DNA from: Planctomycetota bacterium
GTDB taxonomy: Bacteria > Planctomycetota > SZUA-567
Direction of reading: 5' to 3'
Assembly (NCBI GenBank): GCA_031289115.1
Contig: JAITQC010000152.1
Coordinates: 1-61,382 of the forward strand
Length of the DNA: 61,382 bases
Shown here: one piece after another, positions 54,200-61,382 of the stretch
Layout: the number at the start of each line of letters is the position of its first letter
Position numbering within the stretch: position 1 is the first letter of the stretch
Notes under the pieces: model-generated
Databases searched by the model: none
What the model was told of the DNA's origin: nothing
The model's input: only the letters and a program-made list of their open reading frames with translations
Position numbers and translations under genes: made by a program

Positions 54200-55912
54200 T
54201 TATTCCCCGGGACGCGGCGGGCTGTAGCGTATCGCTATGTCGACATCCGGGGTGAGGCCGTTTAACATCAGGATCTGGCGGACCAGGTGGTCGATGTTTA
54301 TGGGTTCACCCATGTCGAGGAGGTAGGTGCCGCTTTCCTCCAGGGACGCCGCCATGAGGATAAGGGTCACCGCCTCGGGGATGGCCATGAAGTAGCGGGT
54401 CATTTCCGGGTGGGTGACAGTGACTGGTTTACCCTGCGCGATCTGCCGGCGGATAATCTGCAGAAGGCTGCCGTTGGACCCGAGGACGTTGCCGAAACGC
54501 ACCACTATCGAGCGCATGGTGCTCTGGCGGGACATCGCTTCAGTAAGCCACTCCGCCAGCGCCTTGGAAGCCCCCATGACGCTGGCCGCCTCTACCGCCT
54601 TGTCAGTGGAAACCGCGGTGAGGCTGGTGACGCCGGCCGCCCGGGCGGCAAAGAGGACGTTGGCCGTGCCCAAAACGTTGTTTTTCAGGGCTTCGCAGGG
54701 GTTGTCCTCCATGAGGGGGACGTGCTTGTGGGCAGCGGCGTGGAATACTATCTTCACGCCATTCTCCCGGAGCACCCGTTCCAGGCGGGTCTGGTCGCGG
54801 ATTGACCCCACCACCACCCTTAGGTCAATTCCGGGCCGTTTTTCCCGGAGTTCCTCCGCCAGGAAATAAAGACTGTTTTCGTCAAGGTCGAAAAGGACTA
54901 GCCGGGCGACGCCAGCCGCGGCGATCTGGCGGGACAGTTCGGAACCGATGGAACCGGCCGCCCCGGTGACTAGGACGGTCTGGCCACCAAGGAGCCGCTC
55001 CGCCCGGCCGGGGTCGGAGTCAACCAGTTGCCTTTCCAGGAGAGCCTCGACCCGGATGTTCTCCACCAGGCGAGCGCCGGGGTGGTCCAGCCGGCTGGGG
55101 AAGGAGGGAATGACCTTGAATTTGACACGCTTCGGTCCGCAAATATCTAGTAGCCTCCGGAGGGGTGGGCCGGAAAATTCGGGGATAGCCACCAGTATCT
55201 CGCGCACCCGGAGACGGTCGATAAGGCCGGGAAGGGCGTTAATGTCGCCAAGAACCTTGAGGCCGTGGATCCGCGAACCCCATTTCCCCCGATCATCGTC
55301 AACGAAGCCGACCAGATTGTAACCGTGGCCACGGGTGCGGGAGAGCTCCCGCACCAGGAGTTCGGCGTTGCCGCCGGCACCGTAAACGATGGCTGTCGTC
55401 TCGGCGTTGACTGGCGAGTCGCTGGTGTGGCGCATCTGGTGGAGGAGGTGGATGTATCTGGGAATAAACCTTAAGCCAACGCTACCGAGGAGGGTGAAGG
55501 CGAACTCCATGGCGTAGATGGAACGGGGCGGGGGGGAGGCGAATAGACCTAGGCCGTGTCCGAGGAGGATGAAAAAACCGCTTCCCACCAGGGTTGACCC
55601 GATGATGTTGACTCCCTCGTGCAGGCTGGCGTGCCAGAAGGACCAGCGGTAGGTGTTGGCGACCCAACCCACCAGCCAGCGGATGGCGATTAGCCAGGGG
55701 AGGATGTCAAGGCGGCTGAGGTAGAAGGTGTAGAGGCGGGAACTGTCCCACAGGTCGAAGCGGAGCCAAAAGGAGAGGGAGAGGGAGAAGGAAAACACCA
55801 GCGCGTCCATCAACATAAGTAGCACTATGCGGACGAAACGGTTATCCCAGATTTTGAGGGAGCTCATAACGAAGTCTGGCATGCGGTGGTTGCCCCGCCC
55901 TCCTTCAGTCAA
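54200..55912 (-). CDS. Polysaccharide biosynthesis protein CapD/PglF/WbpM-like (membrane-anchored NDP-sugar 4,6-dehydratase/epimerase), ending at an in-frame TAA within a conserved motif
   Basis: N-terminal TM helices, two Rossmann motifs ([23 protein letters not shown]), and YGASKALAE (catalytic YxxxK). The ORF stops at ...SPPRPGE-TAA. The frame stays open for 61 more codons to 54014. Confidence 0.85.
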   Translation of the reverse strand: MTEGGRGNHRMPDFVMSSLKIWDNRFVRIVLLMLMDALVFSFSLSLSFWLRFDLWDSSRLYTFYLSRLDILPWLIAIRWLVGWVANTYRWSFWHASLHEGVNIIGSTLVGSGFFILLGHGLGLFASPPPRSIYAMEFAFTLLGSVGLRFIPRYIHLLHQMRHTSDSPVNAETTAIVYGAGGNAELLVRELSRTRGHGYNLVGFVDDDRGKWGSRIHGLKVLGDINALPGLIDRLRVREILVAIPEFSGPPLRRLLDICGPKRVKFKVIPSFPSRLDHPGARLVENIRVEALLERQLVDSDPGRAERLLGGQTVLVTGAAGSIGSELSRQIAAAGVARLVLFDLDENSLYFLAEELREKRPGIDLRVVVGSIRDQTRLERVLRENGVKIVFHAAAHKHVPLMEDNPCEALKNNVLGTANVLFAARAAGVTSLTAVSTDKAVEAASVMGASKALAEWLTEAMSRQSTMRSIVVRFGNVLGSNGSLLQIIRRQIAQGKPVTVTHPEMTRYFMAIPEAVTLILMAASLEESGTYLLDMGEPINIDHLVRQILMLNGLTPDVDIAIRYSPPRPGE

Positions 55913-56678
55913 GGAATCCGGTGAGGGGACTGGAGGCCACCGCCCGCTGGCTCGTTTCCCCCGGCCCGGCGTCCAGGGCGAGGCTGGCCGCCTCCACCGC
56001 CAGGCGGAAGGCCATGGCCATCCGCTCCGGGTCAGCCGCCACCGCCAGGGCGGTGTTGACCAGAACAGCGTCCGCTCCCATTTCTATGGCCTGGGCGGCG
56101 TGGGAGGGGAGGCCTAGTCCGGCGTCCACCACCACCGGCACTCCGGACTGTTCGATGATGATTTCCAGGTTGGCCCGGGTAGTGATGCCGCGGTTGGTGC
56201 CGATGGGGCTTCCCAAGGGCATCACGGTGGCGCAACCGATATCCTCCAGGCGCCGGCAAAGAAGTGGGTCGGCGTTGACGTAGGGTAGGACGATGAAGCC
56301 ATCCTTGACCAGTATCTCGGCCGCCCGGAAAGTCTCGACCGGGTCGGGCAGGAGGTAGTAGGGGTCGGGGGTTACTTCCAGTTTCAGCCAGGCCACTCCC
56401 GAGGCCTCGCGGGCGAGTTGGGCCGCCCGCACCGCCTCGCTGGCGTCACGGGCCCCGGAGGTGTTAGGGAGGAGCTGTATCCGCTTTTGGTCGATGGCGG
56501 CGAGGAGGTCGTCGGCGGGGTTGGCGAGGTCGACTCGCCGCAGGGCGACAGTCACCATCTCGGTTCCCGAGGCCAGAATCGCCCGTTGCATAATTTCAGG
56601 ACTGGAAAACTTCCCGGTTCCCACAAAAAGACGGGAGGAGAATTCCCGGCCCGCGATGGTCAGTTTGCCGCTACGCAT
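55905..56678 (-). CDS. thiG: Thiazole synthase ThiG
   Basis: LKLEV..D...[18 protein letters not shown], and [28 protein letters not shown]-like motifs. 257 aa. Confidence 0.93.
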   Translation of the reverse strand: MRSGKLTIAGREFSSRLFVGTGKFSSPEIMQRAILASGTEMVTVALRRVDLANPADDLLAAIDQKRIQLLPNTSGARDASEAVRAAQLAREASGVAWLKLEVTPDPYYLLPDPVETFRAAEILVKDGFIVLPYVNADPLLCRRLEDIGCATVMPLGSPIGTNRGITTRANLEIIIEQSGVPVVVDAGLGLPSHAAQAIEMGADAVLVNTALAVAADPERMAMAFRLAVEAASLALDAGPGETSQRAVASSPLTGFLD

Positions 56679-56757
56679 GGCAGGTTCTTTCGCATCATGC
56701 CAGCCGGCGGGTCCAAGGTTTGGCCGGCCGGAAGGGGTTTACGCTGGACGCCAGGGT

Positions 56758-56781
56758 AAAAAACCCCGGCCGGTGCCGGGG
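56758..56781 (-). terminator. Terminator-like hairpin (CCCCGGC-ACCG-GCCGGGG followed by U6 on the minus strand) inside the thiG leader
   Basis: Read on the minus strand it lies ~80 nt upstream of the thiG ATG. It is downstream of a possible TTGACA-N17-ATAATA promoter (56798-56826, minus). Confidence 0.4.
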
Positions 56782-56935
56782 GGGTGACGGGAAAACCTAT
56801 TATCCGGTCCCGGCCTGTTCTGTCAAGGCGGGGAGGAAAATCCCCTTGCTATCTTGACAGGTTCGGCTTCAACTTGTACCGTGGAAAAGGGTGCTGCCGG
56901 TTCGGCCGCCCGAGGGGGATGGCGAAAGGGGAACG

Positions 56936-57556
56936 ATGCGGGAAAACAGTCGGCGTATTCTTGGTATCGACCCGGGTACCTGCCATGTCGGCTATGCCGT
57001 GCTTGAACAGGAGGGGACGCGTCTGGTCCGAGTCGCCTCGGGCGAGATTTCCGGGGGGACAGGGGAGTTGGCCGAGCGTCTAGTGCGGATATACCAGGGA
57101 CTGGTGGAGGTTCTGGAGCGCTGGACACCGGCGGAGGCGGCGGTGGAGACGGTTTTTACCAGCAAAAACCCCAAGACAGCCATCGCCATCGGCGAGGCGC
57201 GCGGGGTGGTGCTCCTGGCGGCGGCCCAGAAAGGCCTCCGGATTTATGGTTATGAACCGGCTCTGGTCAAGCGTACCGTCACCGGGAGCGGCCGGGCCGG
57301 CAAGGAGCAGGTGGGAAACATGGTGGAGGCTCTTCTAGGGTTGTCCTCCTCCGGCTGCGCTAGCGACCACGAGACAGACGCTCTGGCTATCGGCATTACC
57401 CACGCGCTACGTTGCCGCTTTGGTGAGGCTGGGGGAGCGGGTGTGCCACCTAGGCGCGGACGGGCGAGACGGGAACTACCGGAGATGGTACGCCGGCAGT
57501 TGCCGGCGGAAGTCAGGCGTCAGGCGGGGGAGGGCCCCCTGAGGTGGCGGAGTTAG
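56936..57556 (+). CDS. ruvC: Holliday junction resolvase RuvC with an Arg-rich C-terminal tail
   Basis: RILGIDPGTCHVGYAVLE, ETVFTSKNPKTAIAIGEARGV, GSGRAGKEQV and DHETDALAIGITH (catalytic D/E/D/D set). ATG 56936 is preferred over the listed 56891. Confidence 0.9.
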   Translation: MRENSRRILGIDPGTCHVGYAVLEQEGTRLVRVASGEISGGTGELAERLVRIYQGLVEVLERWTPAEAAVETVFTSKNPKTAIAIGEARGVVLLAAAQKGLRIYGYEPALVKRTVTGSGRAGKEQVGNMVEALLGLSSSGCASDHETDALAIGITHALRCRFGEAGGAGVPPRRGRARRELPEMVRRQLPAEVRRQAGEGPLRWRS

Positions 57557-58143
57557 TAATTGGTAAAAACCGGGAGTTCCTCGGGATTAGGCGGGGTGGC
57601 GTCAAAATCGGAGTCGTAGTCGCCAGCCTCCAGGGAGGGTTGTCCAGACGACGGGTTTTCCCCTTCGGCGGGTTGGTTCCTCCGGCGGGTCTGGTCCTGC
57701 TCCCGGCGGGCGGCGTTACGGGCGTTACTGGCGGAGCGTAACTGGCCAGCGCGGGCGAGGACATCGTCAATCTCGTCAGCCAGGTCAACCCGCTCGAGGA
57801 CATAATGCAGGGAGTGCTGGTCGCTAAGACGAGCGGGCAGCAGGACTTCGGAAACGAAGTCGGTCCCCAGACGCTGGTAAGCCGGGGCGTTGACTGGTTC
57901 GCCGACATGGAGAGGGTAGAAGGAAACTTTTTTCCCGTTTTCCAGGTACCCCGGGTGTTCAATCCAGATGTCGTAAACTCCGTAGTGTTTGAAGGGAACG
58001 ACGAAGGGGGTGGTGCCTTTCCACTGCTGGTTCACGGTTATGGATGCCCCGGAGGGTTCGCTGGTGATCACCAAGGCGCGCTCCACGCAACCGGAAAGGG
58101 CGAGGAGGGCTAGGGCAAGGAAAAAGCGGCTTTTTTTCACCAT
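57553..58143 (-). CDS. Lipoprotein with a PEGA-like beta-sandwich domain
   Basis: MVKKSRFFLALALLALSGC lipobox, then ALVITSEPSGASITVNQQWKGTTPFVVPF (PEGA-like). Basic/acidic C-terminal tail. ATG 58143 is preferred over the listed 58413. Confidence 0.6.
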   Translation of the reverse strand: MVKKSRFFLALALLALSGCVERALVITSEPSGASITVNQQWKGTTPFVVPFKHYGVYDIWIEHPGYLENGKKVSFYPLHVGEPVNAPAYQRLGTDFVSEVLLPARLSDQHSLHYVLERVDLADEIDDVLARAGQLRSASNARNAARREQDQTRRRNQPAEGENPSSGQPSLEAGDYDSDFDATPPNPEELPVFTNY

Positions 58144-58594
58144 GGCGGAGGTTTCCCCGGACAATAACTGGGTAGTTGGCCACGGGAGCGAGGGAAAACC
58201 CGGGCTAGCTGACATATATATATGTATGATGATATGTTTCACCCCCCCCTCTGTCAAGCCGGCTCTTGTTTCCGGACCGGTAATTCCGCGGTAACCGTAA
58301 AAACCCGATCGGGCTTTAGGAAAATGCCAGATGATTCTTGATTCTGGACGGCGAAAGGGTAAAATCGTCTTAGGCTTCCACTTGTTTTGAAACGATTTGT
58401 CTCCTGGCGGCAATTAATGGTCCGAAGTCTCCGGTGGCCCCGTCCTGGCCAACGCTTCGGCGAAGGCCGGTTTAACGCCGGATGACAGCGGGCGCCTTTT
58501 TAGGCCCGACCCTGCCAGGGGGAGACGAGGGTTTTGTTTTGTGGTCGTGATGGCGGGAATTTGCAGTGCAACCGGTAATACAAGGGGATTCAAC

Positions 58595-60361
58595 GTGCAG
58601 AGAAAGGTTGGCATCCCAGCCATCCGGCTGGTCTTTGGCGGTGTTATAGTCCTTGCCCTTTCCGGGACGGGGCTGTCCGCCACCGGGGCGAGTTACGACT
58701 GTCCACCCGGAGCCAAGTTCTGTCCGGTGCCAGGGCGCGACAACACACATTTCATCGACACGCATTTCGGGCTTGATGCCTCCACCGGCGAGGTGAGGCG
58801 TTACGAAGGAACCGTCCATCCCGAGGTGGCGAACAATCTTTCCTCCCGGGAGGAGGTTATTTACACCGCTCCCTCCATCACCGTGCAATCGATGGCGAAC
58901 CGCGAGGTGCCCTATCCTGGTGCCAACCCGCTTCCGCCGGCCGAGCGAAGGAAAGTTTCTCCCGCCCCAGACAGTGTGGTGAACCGGACCTCGGAAGTGG
59001 CGGACCAACCGCCTATCCGTTCCCGCCGGGCGACGCCGACGCCGGCGCCAGCGGCGGACAACCCGGACCGAGTGCCCTGGTGGAAAGGTGGCGTGTGGCG
59101 CAACCGGCGTTCCCGCTCAAGCGGGTCGCAAAGCCAGGCCCGCTCCACTTCCCGCAGTACTACCGCCAAACCCCTAGAACCCGATGACCTCTGGGGCGAC
59201 GATGCGGAGTTTGACGGCTACGGCGCCGAGGGTGGTGGTTCAGCCCCCTCCCAGGCCCAGGCCCAACCAGTGGCCGGAACCGAGGTTTCGCCATACAACC
59301 CCTATCCCGCTCCTGCCCCCGTTTCCACCGGGTACGTGACCGAGCCCTACAGCCTTCCCGGTTCGCCGCCGCCAACTTCGCCTTATCCCCAGGGCTACAC
59401 CTATCCCGGCAGCGCCCCCACTTACGACAACACCTATCAGGGCGGTTATTCCCCCCCTCCCGCCGCTCCACCAGCGTCGGGTCCGTTGGTCGCTAGCGCC
59501 CAAGCGCCATGGGAAGCGTACCAGTCCCCCGCGCCTGTACCTCCCCCGCCTTCCCGGGGTGGTCGTGAACGCTTCAACGCCGCGATCCAGATGGTGAAGG
59601 ACGGGCGTTTTTCCGAAGCCAAACCGATACTTCTTAGTGAAACGCTGGCCGAGCCGAATAACGGCGAGGTCTGGCGCTGGCTTGGCGACAGCCAGTACAA
59701 CCTGCTGGAACTGCAGGACGCCATTGGCAGCTACCAGACTAGTCTACGCCTGGCTCCAGACGACTATTACGCCCTACGGGGACAAGGCTTCAGCTACCTT
59801 CACCGCGGCCACGAACTCTGGCGTAAAATGATGCAGGAGCTTTCCCAGGGTGATCGCGACGGAGCGGCCGCCACTTTTTCCCAGGCCCATGAAAACTACA
59901 AATTCTCCCTGGATAGCCTGGGTGAATGCCTTAGGCGCGCCCCCAACGACGATGAAGCCATCTACGGCGAGGCGATGGCGGCCGAGGGTGCTAGCCGCAA
60001 GCTTTACTCCAACGCCATAAGCTACATCAAGCTTGGTCCGGACAACCGCTCCCGGGCCGAACTTTTCGCTGAGAACTGCCTCCAGGTGATCAACCGGGGG
60101 GTGGAACGGGCTTCTGACCGCGCCCGCTCCAAGCCGGGTGAGTCGGGACCGCGGGCCCTTTTGGGCGGTCTTTATCTCCGGAAAGCCATGCTTTACCACC
60201 AGCTGGGCAAGAACGAACTAGCCCTGGCGGAATTGAAGAACTCCTACGGAATACAGCGAACTATCCTGGACGAGATAGACAAGAATAACCTGACCGCCCA
60301 GAAGGGGGTACGGGACTGTGAGACATACTGGACGGAATGGGGTGGGACCGGGCAACTGTGA
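58595..60361 (+). CDS. Secreted protein with a long Pro/Ser/Tyr-rich low-complexity region and a C-terminal TPR domain
   Basis: Signal-like N-terminus (VQRKVGIPAIRLVFGGVIVLALSGTGLSA). About 250 aa of P/S/Y/A-rich sequence. TPR-like helices (EAKPILLSETLAEPNNGEVWRWLGDSQYNLLELQDAIGSYQTSLRLAPDDYYALRGQGF...). GTG 58595 is preceded by AAGGGGA. Confidence 0.6.
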   Translation: MQRKVGIPAIRLVFGGVIVLALSGTGLSATGASYDCPPGAKFCPVPGRDNTHFIDTHFGLDASTGEVRRYEGTVHPEVANNLSSREEVIYTAPSITVQSMANREVPYPGANPLPPAERRKVSPAPDSVVNRTSEVADQPPIRSRRATPTPAPAADNPDRVPWWKGGVWRNRRSRSSGSQSQARSTSRSTTAKPLEPDDLWGDDAEFDGYGAEGGGSAPSQAQAQPVAGTEVSPYNPYPAPAPVSTGYVTEPYSLPGSPPPTSPYPQGYTYPGSAPTYDNTYQGGYSPPPAAPPASGPLVASAQAPWEAYQSPAPVPPPPSRGGRERFNAAIQMVKDGRFSEAKPILLSETLAEPNNGEVWRWLGDSQYNLLELQDAIGSYQTSLRLAPDDYYALRGQGFSYLHRGHELWRKMMQELSQGDRDGAAATFSQAHENYKFSLDSLGECLRRAPNDDEAIYGEAMAAEGASRKLYSNAISYIKLGPDNRSRAELFAENCLQVINRGVERASDRARSKPGESGPRALLGGLYLRKAMLYHQLGKNELALAELKNSYGIQRTILDEIDKNNLTAQKGVRDCETYWTEWGGTGQL

Positions 60362-60409
60362 CTGTGACCAAACTCTCCGGAACGAAGCTCTTTAGATTGG
60401 ATTTTCCCC

Positions 60410-60793
60410 ATGTTGGTTATCAGTAAACCCACCCAGTTCGGTCCCGATGGTCTGGCGGTGCGGGGACAGTGCAACCACGACTCGCCAGGCTGGCAACTCC
60501 GCTGGTTTGAACAGGGCCAGCCCCTGAAAGTGGTCTGGCAGGGTTCTTTCAACACTTGCCGCCATCTCCAGTCGGAGTGTTCTCTCGCCACCACCCTGGA
60601 AGAGGTGGGAGGACGGGTGTCTGAGCTTCTCCGTTCCGACGGTCACGTCAGTTTGGCCAGTCTCCCCACCGATATCTATCCGGCTGCCAAGGATAATGAT
60701 GTGGTTGAGACAGCGCTTCCCCCCCACGAGACAGCTCCGGAGCCAGGCGGACACCACGGCGGAAAACGCCGGCGCCGGAAAAAACGGAAGTGA
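60410..60793 (+). CDS. Hypothetical protein with a poly-basic C-terminus (KRRRRKKRK)
   Basis: ORF only, no family recognised. A terminator-like hairpin with a T10 tract follows at 60877-60905. Confidence 0.3.
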   Translation: MLVISKPTQFGPDGLAVRGQCNHDSPGWQLRWFEQGQPLKVVWQGSFNTCRHLQSECSLATTLEEVGGRVSELLRSDGHVSLASLPTDIYPAAKDNDVVETALPPHETAPEPGGHHGGKRRRRKKRK

Positions 60794-60876
60794 TTCCACC
60801 CTGCACTTTTCCGGGTTGGCCGCGCCTTCCCGGAGTTTTATTTTCCCGGCGGTTTCGCTGGGTTAATGGCTGACTT

Positions 60877-60905
60877 TTTCCCTCCGGGGGAAAGGTTTTT
60901 TTTTT
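60877..60905 (+). terminator. Weak hairpin (TTTCCC-TCCGG-GGGAAA) followed by a T10 tract
   Basis: Read directly from the sequence, between the hypothetical ORF and hydG. Confidence 0.45.
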
Positions 60906-60955
60906 AGCCGGCGCCAGTGGGGCAACCGCGACAGACGCCGAATGGAAAGGGTAAG

Positions 60956-61382
60956 ATGCCTAGCGACAATCGGGGGACAGAGGATAAAGTCGACTTTATC
61001 GACCCGGAAGAAATCGGTAAAACCCTCGCGGCCAACCGGAGGCCCGACCCGGCTCGGGTGCGGGAAATTCTGGCGAAAGCCAGGGAACTTAAGGGCCTAG
61101 ATGACGCCGAAGCGGCGGCTCTCATGCCGGTGTCTGATCCGGAGTTACTGGGGGAAATATTCACCGCCGCCGCGATGGTAAAGGAGACCATCTACGGCCG
61201 GCGAATGGTTCTTTTCGCCCCCCTCTATATTTCCAATCTGTGTGGCAACGAATGCCTGTACTGCGCCTTCCGGGTGCGTAACCAGGAGGTCAGGCGGCGC
61301 ACCCTGAGCCAGGAGGAGATTGCCCTTGAGACTCGCATCCTGATTGAACAGGGACACAAGCGCATCCTGGTGGTGGCGGGTG
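60956..61382 (+). CDS. hydG: [FeFe]-hydrogenase maturase HydG (radical SAM tyrosine lyase; ThiH-related), N-terminal part, running off the window
   Basis: My translation from ATG 60956 gives MPSDNRGTEDKVDFIDPEEIGKTLAANRRPDPARVREILAKARELKGLDDAEAAALM...IYGRRMVLFAPLYISNLCGNECLYCAFRVRN...GHKRILVVAG. It has a Cx3Cx2C radical-SAM cluster motif and a HydG-type N-terminus. A ThiH assignment cannot be fully excluded. Confidence 0.75.
   Translation, partial: MPSDNRGTEDKVDFIDPEEIGKTLAANRRPDPARVREILAKARELKGLDDAEAAALMPVSDPELLGEIFTAAAMVKETIYGRRMVLFAPLYISNLCGNECLYCAFRVRNQEVRRRTLSQEEIALETRILIEQGHKRILVVAG

Noticed and set aside
54009-54227. Plus-strand 72-aa ORF between the methyltransferase and the capD-like gene.
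   Set aside because: It is antisense to the still-open C-terminal continuation of the capD-like frame, whose translation matches the expected family C-terminus.
56679-57000. A TPP riboswitch upstream of thiG.
   Set aside because: I could not find the conserved CUGAGA and pyrimidine-sensor helix sequences on either strand. It is kept only as an open question under findings.
1-61382. tRNA, rRNA, tmRNA or RNase P genes.
   Set aside because: I saw no T-loop-type GGTTCGAATCC/GGTTCAAATCC motifs with matching acceptor stems, and no rRNA-like conserved blocks, while reading. This is not a substitute for running tRNAscan or Infernal.

Overview
This is a 61.4-kb, GC-rich (roughly 60% by eye) window from a diderm bacterium. 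Diderm markers are a secretin, Lgt, LPS heptosyltransferases and a partial [FeFe]-hydrogenase maturase gene (hydG), which hints at an anaerobe.

Layout:
(1) 1-18 kb: a collinear, translationally coupled, Ysc-family type III secretion (injectisome) core cluster on the + strand. Order is sctC-sctD-yscE-like-sctF-yscG-like-sctI-J-K-L-N-O-P-Q-[XRE HTH gene]-sctR-S-T-U-W-sycN-like-sctX-sctY-sctV. I saw no tip, translocon or obvious effector genes in the window. The cluster runs off the 5' edge.
(2) 18-24.6 kb: a small coiled-coil ORF, a formyltransferase-like gene, a Cache-HAMP-PP2C (RsbU-like) sensor phosphatase, a PpiD-like chaperone and a CheD-receiver fusion.
(3) 25-34.6 kb, minus strand: housekeeping genes purB, rnc, prmC, prfA, rpmE, an EF-G2 paralog, a Zn-dehydrogenase and lgt. 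Several carry low-complexity extensions.
(4) 34.8-39.1 kb: the most unusual locus. One full-length Rpn/YhgA-like PD-(D/E)XK nuclease gene has an internal SD+ATG for a short C-terminal (RpnS-like, DUF4351) product. It is followed by four tandem 0.7-0.9 kb units. Each unit carries a stand-alone RpnS-like ORF with a different number of 4-aa/12-nt repeats, plus a conserved ~340-nt non-coding spacer.
(5) 39.5-51 kb: uppP, ftsK, a 0.8-kb low-GC non-coding gap with a 33-nt perfect palindrome, an MFS transporter, metG, two GT9 heptosyltransferases and an FGGY sugar kinase.
(6) 51.2-53.2 kb: an IS1634/IS4-like element with a frameshifted transposase.
(7) 53.2-61.4 kb: a SAM methyltransferase, a CapD/PglF-like gene interrupted by an in-frame TAA, thiG, ruvC, a PEGA-like lipoprotein, a Pro/Tyr-rich TPR protein, a small hypothetical ORF and hydG (partial).

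I recognised no rRNA, tRNA or CRISPR array by eye. All protein family calls come from motif and architecture recognition on the supplied translations. No database search was run.
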